The notes under the pieces were generated by a model. It did no database searches and had not been told where the DNA came from. It saw only the letters and a program-made list of their open reading frames with translations. DNA of 64,000 bases from Octopus vulgaris (Eukaryota), in assembly GCA_951406725.2 (NCBI GenBank), contig OX597818.1:109368001-109432000 (forward strand). Direction: 5' to 3'. Both the position numbers and the translations under genes were made by a program. Positions 12,995 to 24,760 of this stretch are shown piece after piece. Each line of letters begins with the position of its first letter. Position 1 is the stretch's first letter.

Positions 12995-13840
12995 TTATCA
13001 TTGTCATCATTTAATGACCATTTTCCATGCTGGAATGGATTTAAGGGTTTGACAGGGGCTGGCAAGCCAGAGGACTGTACTAAGCAGTACTGTCTACTTT
13101 GGCAAGGTTTCTACAGCTGGATACCTTTCCTAATGCCAACCACTCTACAGAGTGTACTGGGTGCTTTTTATATGGCATCAGCACTGGTGAGATCACCAGG
13201 TAACTTGCAAGGCAAAGACTCCACAACTGAGATGGAGCATAGTATTGAGGGTGGTGGCTTTACACCTGAAGATGAGAGGTTAAAGTATGATAGAGAGACA
13301 GAAACGGGTGTCTTGCTGTAGAGAAAGTACATGGCTATCCTATTTGGAGGAGAGAAGGAGAGAGAAGTTGGTGTGTTGGGCCATACAGAGAGGTGAATGT
13401 AAGTGGTAACAAAGGATTCGACAGGGTGAGTGGTCAGGGAACCCAGATTGCGAAAATAGAGTGGGAGATAAAGGGGCAGGAAAGATGAATGCAGTGAGTG
13501 GTGAACATAAACAGATGTATGTATGTGTAGGGGTGCATAGATAGAGGAGGTGGGTAGGACAGCAATAATACAGTTAGCAGTGGGGAGGACGACAGAAGAG
13601 AGAGATGACAAAGCGGGGTCGAATTGTGAGAGTGAGGAATGGGTGGTCACTGTACATGATGAGATGCAGTTCGGTACAATGGAGGGTGGGGTGAACTAAT
13701 ATAACATGTGGGAAGAGAGCACATTATACAATGCTTCCAGAACTTAGTTTCAGTGAGGTAGGGGTGTCTTCTAAGAACCTCATAATGCCAAATACTGGTC
13801 TATGTCATCTTCTCCATAAGGCTCATATTCCTGAGATTGG
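12995..13840 (-). mobile_element. 3' end of a divergent RTE subfamily with long 3'UTR
   Basis: It shares the RTE 3'-terminal motif (ggcattaggaaaggtatccagctgtagaaac...catggaaaatggtcattaaatgatgac). The far end translates as LRNMSLMEKMT.., resembling the RTE ORF C-terminus. Confidence 0.6.
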
Positions 13841-14179
13841 CTTTGCCACTTCATTTATATATACACACACACACACAGACAAACACACATACACACACAC
13901 ACATACATACATAACATGTGTGTCTGTATATGTTATATATATTTACATGAAATTTTAAGCTCAATACAAGATCACAGAGCAAGATCTTTGGGCCAACAAT
14001 ACAGATTTCCAGCCCTTAAGTAGAAATTCATTTTAATTATTTTAAAAATTAATTTCCAATATCATTACCTTCTGGTATTTCTTATAATTTAATGTTTGAA
14101 AGATAGGAAATAGTATAAAGCATTATAAGTCATAAAAGTATAATGACTGACAGAATTAGTCAAATGTCAAACAAAATAG

Positions 14180-14560
14180 GCATGACTGTGTGGAAAGACG
14201 TTTGGTTCTCAGCCTCATGCCACCTGTGGCAAGTGCCTTCTACTATAGCCTTGGGCCAACCAAAGCCTTGTAAATGGATCTGATAGACAGAAACTGAAAG
14301 GAGCCCATTATATGTGTATGTGTGTGTGTGCATGTGAATTTGGGTGTTTAAATGTGTGTGTTTGTCCCCCACTCAAAGACCAGTGTTGGTGTGTTTACAT
14401 TCCTGTAAGTAAGCAGTTCAGCTAAAGGGACTGACAAAACAAGTACCAGGCTTAAAATGAAAACAAGCACTGGGGTTGATTCGTACAACTAAAATTCTTC
14501 AAGGTGGTGCCCCAGCATGGTCACAATTGAATAACTGAAAGAAGTAAAAGATCAAAAATA
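14180..14560 (+). mobile_element. SINE family A, diverged
   Basis: ggcaagtgccttctactatagcc...ggtggtgccccagcatgg. Confidence 0.75.
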
Positions 14561-14814
14561 CCTTACAGTATTTGGTTAAAGTTGTAAGTTCAAATCCTGC
14601 CAAATGGTTTGCCTTTCATCCTTCTCAGGTTCAGTATATTAAGTAGTAGCCAAGTACTGAGATCCAGTGATACAGCAGTCATCAAGACTGAATATGTCAT
14701 ACACAACTGATACCAACATCTTATTCTGGCACTTTCAGAGATAAGTACCAATAGTGCATTGAATGACAGGTTTAACTTGTCCTGTTTTCATATGCAGGGA
14801 GATTTCAGAATTAT

Positions 14815-15253
14815 CAAACTCGGTGACTGGCATCCGTTTCCTAGTGGAGCGCTAAGAGTACCATACGAGTGAGACTGTTGCCAGAGCAACAAGCTGGCCT
14901 TCGTGTCGATGGTAGGTTAAACACACCATTCGAGCATGATCATTACCGCGTCGCCTTACTAGCACTTGTGCTGGTGGCACGTGAAATATTCGAGCAAGGT
15001 TGTCGCCAGTGCTGCTGGACTGGCTCCTGTGAAACACCATTTGGGCGTGGCCGTTGCCAGTTCCACCAAACTGGCCCTCGTGCCGGTGGCATGTAAAAGC
15101 ACCCACTACACTCTCGAAGTGGTTGGCATTAGGAAGGGCATCCAGCTGTAGAAACTCTGCCAGATCAGATTGGAGTTTGGTTCACCAGACCTCAGTCAAA
15201 TTGTCCAACCCATGCTAGCATGGAAAGCGGACGTTAAATGATGATGATGATGA
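14815..15253 (+). mobile_element. RTE 3'UTR-derived repeat (family B: truncated LINE or RTE-dependent SINE)
   Basis: It matches the 3'UTR of the 7838-11163 LINE, including the (GAT)n tail. Further copies lie at ~5278-5460, 16121-16410, 22013-22270, 29618-29965, 31275-31545, 33600-34008, 41151-41448, 46800-46960, 50846-51160, 54930-55235, 57052-57345 and 57680-57862. Confidence 0.85.
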
Positions 15254-15457
15254 TCCTTCATAAAAGGTCTATTAAACAAACTGCTTTCTTGTTTCTGCTA
15301 TCATTATTACTCAGTTTCTTGGTGGAGTCAGCATCAAAAACAAATACCACTTTTGAACTTGCCTGTTGACAAAGTCTACACTCGATAACATTTATACTCC
15401 TTTATACATAGAATCACTGCTCCGTGGAACTTTCTTCCTTCTTATATGCTTGAGCAA

Positions 15458-15849
15458 TCTCTATATATATAAAGCTGAAGTTGTCTGTGTATGGCAGGTT
15501 TGGTAGCCTTCAACTAACACTATCTCCTCCGAGACCCTGCGGTGCAAGTTGACCAAAATTGAGAGTATGATAGAAGAAGGTTTGCTCTCCCTTCCGAAGA
15601 AGAAAAAATTCAAATTGGACCATGTTAACACCAAAAATTATTTACATCAAAAAGGTGCTTTTTTTCTATGAAAATCCCTATTTTTTACGATTTTTTTACT
15701 GCTGTGCCGCCATTTTTCGGTGTATTTCAACCAGAAAAATGTTCACTTAAAGAGAATAACAAGCTACATAATGCAAAATTTTTACTTTTCAAAAATTCCA
15801 ATTCTAAAGGGTCGAAACAAACCTGAGCAATGCCAGGTGATACTGCTAG
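15458..15849 (+). mobile_element. Non-autonomous Helitron (similar termini to 6720-7238, different interior)
   Basis: A|TCTCTATATATATAAAGCTGAAGTTG ... cctgagcaatgccaggtgatactgCTAG|T. Confidence 0.85.
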
Positions 15850-18215
15850 TAACTGCTAAATCTGTGTCATCTTAATTGCCATAAGCTCTGTCATATAAAT
15901 TGTCATAAGCTCTCATTATCTATCAATCCAATGCAAAATGTTATTCCCCTAAAAACAGAATGAGAAATATCTTAGTTTATTCAAAAACAAGTGGCATATG
16001 TTTCTTACGATTCACAAGAATTAAAGTGCTGGACTATGATAACAAATTCAAACTTTACTAGACATCATTACACATCTCATTAATGAATGAAGCTTGCTTC
16101 ACTCATTATAACAGACAAGTTCATCATCGTCATTTAACATCCATTTTCCATGCTGACATGAGTTGGATGGTTTGACAGCAACTGGTAAGCCAGAGAGCTG
16201 CACCAGGCTCCAATTGTCTGCTTTGGCATGGCTTCTATGGCTGGATGCCCTTCCAAATGCCAATCACTTTACAGAATATACTGGATGTCTTTTTTACATG
16301 GCACCAGCATGGGTTTTTGTTTTGTTTTTTTTTTGTTTTTTTTATGCAGCACCAGCAAGGATGTGTTTTACATGACACCAGCACAAATACTTTCTATGTG
16401 GCACCAGTGCATAATTTTTAATTCTATTCATACAAAATATGTTCTTGCACAGGTGGTTGGCCACATGTGTACGTATATATATATACAAATAGCTTATCAG
16501 TTGTTTCTAAACATTAGTAATAATAAGGAAATAATATTTAACCAACTATACTAGCAGGCATCTAAAACTTGAGTAAATAACACAATCTAACCAATATACT
16601 GGAATAAAGGATACAGCCAAAACACATAGTACTACATAAATATTTAAAACCCCAAAAATCATTTCTAGCAAACTTAGTATATCAATGTTCACAGTGTAAA
16701 ATATTGCTTCACCAACTATGAGCCAAAAACCTTCCTCTCAATCTAAGAACATGATAATCAAAACTTGAGTCCTAAACATCATCACTATCATTTCTTCCAT
16801 CCACACTTTAATGAGAGAAGTAGCACGAATGTGTCTATTCCAAGGACACTAATATCTGCAATAGAATGAAACCTTACGAACATTCCTGAAGCAATACACA
16901 TGCCAGCATCTAATCAGCTCAGTTATAGCAGTTCTCTATTTTATCAAAAATGCCCTTTTCGATGAGTCTCTCTCTCTCATTAGCTGCTTGTCTTCAACAA
17001 TTTTACGCAAATTTTTGTCATCATCTCCACCATCACTATCAACCTTTTTCCCATCAATTTTTCTATGATAGCAAGCAAGAGCTGGATAAGTTTGCGAAAT
17101 CATCAAATTTCCTTTCTTACTTTTTTTTTCTTCTTCTTTCATTATTTTTGTTCAAACACAGTTCAATGCCTTCCTAATCACCCAACCATGAAGCGGAATG
17201 TGGTACCTATTTTTAATAGAAATTATAGATTAAGGCAAGAGAGATACCTTGTCTAGGAAGGAACGCAATATAATGCCAGTGGCAAGGTTTGATATTTCTA
17301 TATGCCCACCCAAGACTTCTCTTGCCTTTCGTCTTTTTTTCTGCTTCAACTGATACTATATACAGTGCTGCCATTTTGTTGTTTTTGGAATCTTTTCTCA
17401 ATTCTTACAGTCCAATCATTGTTGTTGTAAAACAAAAATATTAAAAAAAAAATTGGCTTCTTTTTTTTTTTAATCTTATTCAATTCTTTGTGAAGTATAC
17501 TGCGCATTCTGTAATATTATCTTCATCCCAATTTTGCTCCGAGTCATCTTCTATATTTCTTCATCTTACAGTATTATCAAATAACATTCCTAAAACACAT
17601 ACATGTACACACACTCACACACACATACATACATACACTAACAAACTCTCACACAGAATACACTATTTAATTTTATCTCTTTCTCATTTCTAAAATAAAT
17701 GCATAATAAAAATTAATAAAAATAGGCATTTGCTTTCATTATTATTATTACATAACCATTTTCTTGTGGAGATTCATACACATATGCACTCACACATTAT
17801 ACACTTAATACACACATATGAACATACACACACACACTCACACACCAGATTAGTCCAGCACTAAGAAAAATCACTTTCCTACTTCCTAGAAAATAAAAAC
17901 AAAGAACTCAATAGATTTAATTATCCACAGTTAGTTGTAGAGAACATTCCATACATTTTCTAAGACTATTTAATATTTTCTGCCTTCCCTAATCTGAATG
18001 TTAGCAATTGCTTCTTGTAAGTGGAAGTCTGTTTTAGATCTTGTAGTGGCACAGACACTGAGTTATACATTTCGTTTAGGTTGATATCAATTATGAACAG
18101 TAGATTAGATATACCTTGGTGTGATATTCAGTTATTTAATTTAGAGATATGAGTTAGTTCATAAATATATGAGTATGAATTCACACAGACACACAATAAT
18201 ACATGTACATGTGTG

Positions 18216-18275
<60 letters not shown>

Positions 18276-18778
18276 ATCTTGTCATTCAGAGAAACAGATA
18301 AGCTGAAAATTAGGGAAGAATAATTATATAAATACGTATGGGTGTGTATCTAGAAAGAATATTCTACAGAAGATTGCAACGCTCTTAGACTAGACATTCT
18401 TCTGTCAACCCAGGAAAAATATAAGTTTGCTTCAACTTAAAAAATTCATTCATGAGATAATGGTTCTGAAACACAACACCTACAATCCATATACACATAT
18501 ACACTCACTACATACACACAATCCATACATATACATACAAACCACACATAAACAAAAACAATATTACCCTCACTACACAAAAACTGCAATGCAATCCACA
18601 TATTCAGTCATACAAAGAATTTTAGTTTGTTTTCCTGCTTTAGATGAGATCACTCAGTCGAGGTTTGGTGTCTAAAATCATTGGTTTTAGTACTGTTCCT
18701 TATGCAGGACTGGGATTCAGGCAACAGAAGTAACTTTCACTAATCTAAACAATATATAAGTACATATGTGTGAGAGTT

Positions 18779-19190
18779 AGGCACAGGAGTGGTTGTGTGG
18801 TAAGTAGCTTGTGTAACAACCTCATGGTTCCGGGTTCATTCCCACAGCGTAGCACCTTGGCCAAGTGTCTTCTACTAAAGCCTCAGGCCAACCAAAGCCT
18901 TGTGAGTGGATTTGGTAGACAGAAACTGAAAGCAGCTCATCGTATATATATATATGTATGTGAGTGTGTGTATATGTTAGTGTGTCTGTGTTTGTCCCCC
19001 CACCATTGCTTGACAACTGATGCTGGTGTGTTTATGTCCCCGTAACTTAACAGTTCAGCAAAAGAGACCGATAGAATAAGTACTAGGCTTACAAAGAATA
19101 AGTCCTGGGGTCGATTTGCTTGACTAAAGGCAGTGCTCCAGCATGGCCGCAGTCAAATGACTGAAACAAGTAAAAGAATAAAAGAGTAAA
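18779..19190 (+). mobile_element. SINE family A, full length
   Basis: Head and tail match the family. Confidence 0.9.
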
Positions 19191-19289
19191 GGACTCAGTG
19201 ACTCGGAATCTTGGGGTTAGTTGTCTGCACTTTTAACCACTATGTCATATGCCCACAGGCAGTGACCATAATAACAATAATAATAATAA

Positions 19290-19468
19290 TAATAATAACA
19301 TTGAAAAATACCTTAGGAATGAGAACCCAGGTTTGGAATTTCCCCAAGACACCTGATGAAGGCTGGAGGGTATATCAGCCAAAACGTGTTAACAACAAAC
19401 AAGATGAGGACAAATATCCACCAAATGTAAATAATGTACATAATTCCTCATCTCTTAAATATAGAACT
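19290..19468 (+). mobile_element. Short Penelope-type repeat with hammerhead-like motif
   Basis: gacac-CTGATGA-a-GGCTG-gagggtatat-CAGCC-AAAAC-gtgtt, following an (ATA)n run. Confidence 0.5.
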
Positions 19469-19469
19469 G

Positions 19470-20625
19470 GAATAAATGAAGCGAGCATGCTCTGCTGGAT
19501 GTATAATGTTAGCATGCAAGTGCAATGGCACACAAACAAGCTGAAAGAAAAGTGAGATATAAGAGGATATAGTGTGCAAGAAGACTGTGCTGATATAGGA
19601 CGTAATGCATGTGTAGAATGACAGGTGTATAAAGGAATGCTAAGTGCTCAAAGCAACAGAGAGCTGTGAAAGAAGGAGATGGAAGACATGAAACAAACTG
19701 GTAATAACTGATCTCAATATGATGAGCCTCCTGAAGGAAACAACAAAGAACCATGACAACTGGCAACATACGAAGCTGAAAAAAAGACCCACCCAAAACC
19801 ATGCAAGAATAGCAAAACAAATGTCAAAATGGTGGCAATGCTGGAGAGCAGATTGTATGATAAATCTCTCACTCATTATGCCCCTAGTCAATCTCCATCA
19901 TGCCTCTTCAATATCCTCATACCTTTCTCTCTCTCTCTCTCTCTTATTTAATGTATCATGAAGCCTATATAACAAGAAATGACCTTGGATCAGTCCATAG
20001 TCCCCTACTGTAGCCATCTTTACTAATCTACCTCTCTCCCCTATTTTGGTGTTTGTGTAATATTTCATGAGATTTCTATGTATCCCACACACTCCACCAT
20101 CACAACTTCTATACTGCTAGCCATCCTTTCACCCTCAATCACTTACGATTGACATTTATCACAATCTTACAATCACTCATTTCTACAAATATCCATCACT
20201 TGCTCACTCACTTACCAGCATCTGTAACAGATACCATTGCCTCTCTTCAATCAGTCTCCACCATCACTTCTTGCCATTATTGTCTCTCTCTCTCTTCCAT
20301 TATTCTGCCATAGTATTGTTTCAGCCATTACTCCTTCTTCTACAACCTTAATTACCGTTTCACCTATTATATACTTAGTTCTTTCACTCTACATTCTGGC
20401 GTGCCTGTCATCACATTCTCTTCTATTCACTCTGAGTCATGTTGACTTGAATGACTAAAGAAAATGCAGAGCAGCGAGAAAGGTTTAGTCTTGCTGTTCA
20501 CAAGACAACTTCTCATCTGAGGGTGCCACAATAAAATGCACCCAACACACTCTGTAAAGCAGTTGTTTACTTACAGGACAACAATCTCTCTACTACTGGT
20601 GTTATAATGAAATGACAAAGATGAT
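19470..20625 (+). mobile_element. Decayed RTE 3' fragment with long pyrimidine-rich 3'UTR
   Basis: It translates NEASMLCWMYNVS...KLKEK*DIRG, homologous to NEASMLRWMCNAS...LRERLDLRS in the 8503-9387 ORF. Confidence 0.7.
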
Positions 20626-20733
20626 GATCACACACACACATGCATGCTCACATATGCAACTTTTGATCGATGGATGGTTAGATGGTTATATGTGAGTGCA
20701 TGCATGTACTTGCGCATGCATGCATGCACACAT

Positions 20734-20773
<40 letters not shown>

Positions 20774-21151
20774 TTACACTTTCCAAAACAAATGATAAAA
20801 TACATTCATGGCTACTGTGATGAGAGTATCAACTAAAGACAAGATGCAATAACTTTTTGGGAAGACTGCCTACTTCAAAAAGGACTCAGGTTAGCAGCGT
20901 TCTTTCTGCTTCTATACAAATCTTGGCAAATAGAATACAAATATTCTTCAACTCAAGAAGTATATCAGATAAAAACATCTGCAAATGTATTTCATATGCA
21001 AGAAGCAAATCAGATATGAAGATCTATAAATCTTGAATGGATAATGCCAAAACAATATCATGTTTTAGTTAGTCTGTCAATGTAAATTATTAGCATATAA
21101 TGATCAGTTGGCATTAAATTTTCTATTCACTGCAAACGTATTGCATTCATA

Positions 21152-21312
21152 GAAGTGGCTGTGTGGTAAGTAGCTTCCTTACCAACCTCATGGTTCCGGG
21201 TTCAGTCCTACTGTGTGGCACTTTGAGCAAGTGTTTTCCGCTATAGCCTCAGGCCGACCAAAGCCTTGTGGGTGAATTTGGTCGACAGAAACTGAAAGAA
21301 GCCCATCGTATG

Positions 21313-21348
<36 letters not shown>

Positions 21349-21560
21349 TGTATGTATGTGTGTGTGTGTCCCCAACATCACTTGACAAGTGATGCTGGTG
21401 TATTTACATCCCCATAACATAGCAGTTTGGCAAAAGAGGCCAATAGAATAAGTACTAGGCTTAAAAAGAGTAAGTCCTGGGATCAATTTACTTGATTAAA
21501 GGCGGTGCTCCAGCATGGCCACAGTCAAATTACTGAAACAAATTAAATAGAAAAGAATTC
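21152..21560 (+). mobile_element. SINE family A, full length
   Basis: Head and tail match the family; internal (TATG)n. Confidence 0.9.
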
Positions 21561-22889
21561 AGAACACAGGTATAGCCACAAAGTTAGTTTATTGGTATTA
21601 GTTTCAAACGTTTGATCTCTCTGCTCATCACTGGGCCAGAGAGACTTCTGCAATAGCCTTAGGTCAACCCAGGCCTCCTAATTGACTTTGGCTTGTAGAA
21701 ACTGGGTGGAAACCTGGTGAATAAAATCTACACGTGCTTTTACACAACTACCTGACTTTTGACTCCATTAGATAAAATCCACACTGTTGCAAACATTCAG
21801 CCAAGATCTCCATTCTGGGAATGATTGGTATTTTTGCCCCTTTGCCCCTGCCAATTTTGAAGGCACTGCAAAAAAGTCATAGCAACACCTTTTTTGCCCT
21901 CTGACTAAAGTACATAAATATTTTAAAATAAATGTATGAAGTGTCTTAGTCATTAGTTTTTTTTACATAATTATGAAGTTAAATGAAGTCACATTTATGG
22001 TTATGAGCAATCTCATCATCATCATCGTTTAACGTCCATTTTCCGTGCTAATACGGGTTGGACGGTTCGACCGGGGTCTGGGAAGCCAGGAGGCCACACC
22101 AGGTTCCAATCTCACCTGGCAATGTTTCTACAGCTGGATGCCCTTCCTAATGCCAACCACTCCGTGAGTGTAGTGGGTGCTTTTTACGTGCCACCAGCAC
22201 AGGTGCCAGGTGAGGCTGGCAGTGGCCACGATTGGTTGGTGCTTTTTACGTGCCACCGGTACAGAAGCCATCTGTATTTAGAAATAGTGAAGATTGAGCA
22301 AGTAAAGGAAACCTGAAGATATAGTTATATTTCAGTTTTGTATTAGTCCCAAAAATATAATAGGATATGTTTATCAACAATCCCCATCATTTGTGAAATA
22401 GAAAAAATATATGAAAAATAGTGAAGAAATCATCAGAAACAACCTTCCTCTCTACATTTTCTATTTCCCCCACTCACCCCACCTCTCCCTAAATATCAAC
22501 TCATCTGGTGGCTATCAACTATCAGAAAATCTTCCAAAACTGCTATCCCCAATCAGATGACTTTGGGAGACATGTAGCTTCTATGCACCACAGAGCACAG
22601 GCTGAGAGTGTTGATGCTCTGGTCATTCTGGTTTGCAAACAAACAGCAGAGAGTTGAGGGGAATTCTGAATTCAGTAAGACAACTTTTCCAAGTGTTGCT
22701 GCCAAAATATAACTCCATGGTCTTTATTCTAGGGGTCAGGTAAGGATTAACACACTGTTTCATCTGGCCATTGGCTTACAGATAAGGGATACAGAAAATT
22801 ACAGTCGGTCTACTGCATAACATCTTGAAGTGGTTGCATGTCAAGGAGCACATAATTTTGGATACTCTCTCTCCTTCTATTTCTCCAGA

Positions 22890-23178
22890 CCAACCAAAGC
22901 CTTGTGAGTGGATTTGGTAGGCGGAAGCTGGAAAGAAGCCCATCATATGTGTATGTATATATGTTTGTGTGTGTGTGTGTGTATGTGTTTGCCCCTCGAA
23001 CATCGCTTGACAACCGATGGTGGTGTGTTTATGTTCCCGTAGCTTCGCGGTTCGATAAAAGAGACCAATAGAATAAGTACTAAGCTTACAAAGAATAAGT
23101 CCTGGGGTTGATTTGCTCAACTAAAGCGGTGCTCCAGTATGGCTGCAGTTAAATGACTGAAACAAGTAAGAGAGTAAC
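22890..23178 (+). mobile_element. SINE family A, 5'-truncated
   Basis: It starts at ccaaagccttgtgagtggatttgg and has an intact tail. Confidence 0.85.
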
Positions 23179-24003
23179 AGATCGTTAACTTTGGATGCAG
23201 GATGCAGAAGTATATCATCCTTGAACACAACTTACGGAATTCTGGATACTTAACTAAGGTATTTGTGGGAAATGTACACTTACGAAAGGCTTAAAATACA
23301 CTCTAATTATCTAAAGTGTTTTCATGAGTAGAGACTCAAATTTATCTAATGGCACAAGAACTTCAGTTCATAGATTACAAAAAGTTGGGTTTAACTCTCA
23401 ATATAATAGGCAAGCATGAATGAAAGCGATGCCAGCTTTGGTAATATTAACGCATGCAGAACTAACTAATATTCTCAGAGAATCATTTACCAGCAAGCTC
23501 ATCAATGAGCAACATTTGGTTGAAATCAGTTAACCAAACACAGCTATTGTTCCCAATATTACAATTCCTATCAAATGTTTCTATAGGTAGCATACATGAA
23601 GTGGTTGAGTAGAATTTAATATAAATAGATCAAAAGGTATTCTATACAATTTGTGTGTCAAGGAAATTGTTCCACAATAACAATTGGGAACAATCCAAGA
23701 AAGATTTAGCACTGAATCCATCAAATTCATTTGAAGTTACAGTGAGAAATATAAATTGCTCCCCTTGGATACCTTGAAGGATAGGTATGCTAAACGCACG
23801 AGGTTAATTCATGCATGCATGCACACCAACAGATATATACATACATACATATATATATATACACATATACATACATACAAATATACATTCATTCATACAT
23901 ACATATAGATATATACATAAATTTATATATATATATATACATACATACATATATATATATACATTCATTCATACAAACATACATATAGATATATACATAA
24001 ATT

Positions 24004-24045
<42 letters not shown>

Positions 24046-24563
24046 TATACATTATCTCACATAAAACATCAACACATATGACCATATCATGAACACTTAC
24101 ACACATGTACACACAATTTTGAATGCACATAAAACTTTGCATGTTGACATGCAACTGTGTGCACTTGTGTGCATGCATACACATATTAGAGGGCAAAAAA
24201 ATGAAATTCAGCTCAGTTTCAGCAAGATGAGTTTAATGAATCTAAGTTAGCTCAATGTGTACACTTCTAAACACTTTTTTTGTGTGAGCGCGTTTGGTCT
24301 GTATCCAGTAGATTTGCTTTCAATCACTCATCCCCTTCAATATCTTTATCCCTGTCGTCCTCCTCATTAATTTAATGTCCACTTCTCCATGCTGGCACAT
24401 GCTGAGCATGGCTTTACACCCTGATGACTTTTCCGATGCCAGCTCTTAATTGGTTTTTATGGCAGGCAGGAAAAATAATGAACCTCTTTTAAAAACCAGG
24501 GTATATATGGCACACAATTTATTCAAATGCACAATAAAAATCAACATGCACACACATGCTATT

Positions 24564-24760
24564 AAGGAACCTTATAGGTTGTCAATCAGCTCTCAAAGAT
24601 AGCAGCCAAATTTCTCTCATATCATGTCCACTTTCATGCAAAAGGGGAAGTTACACTGAATAATGTAGTTTAATGTAGTTAAAGATAACTTTAAAACAAT
24701 CAGATGGTCCTGGCTAAAACACCATCAATCAGTCAGAGCTGACCTAGTGTTAAACAACAA
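24564..24760 (+). mobile_element. Short non-tRNA retro-repeat family F (copies at ~32458-32650 and ~41922-42140, minus strand)
   Basis: The copies share tagcagcca(a/c)at near the head and an (aac)n-like tail. Confidence 0.6.

Noticed and set aside
18385-18465. Possible minus-strand terminal exon (NHYLMNEFFKLKQTYIFPGLTEECLV*) after tttcAG; similar acceptor-plus-short-frame candidates near 17590, 21905, 29520, 32222 and 40172
   Set aside because: No recognisable homology to MASTL or any other protein. Such signals occur by chance in AT-rich introns, so RNA-seq would be needed.
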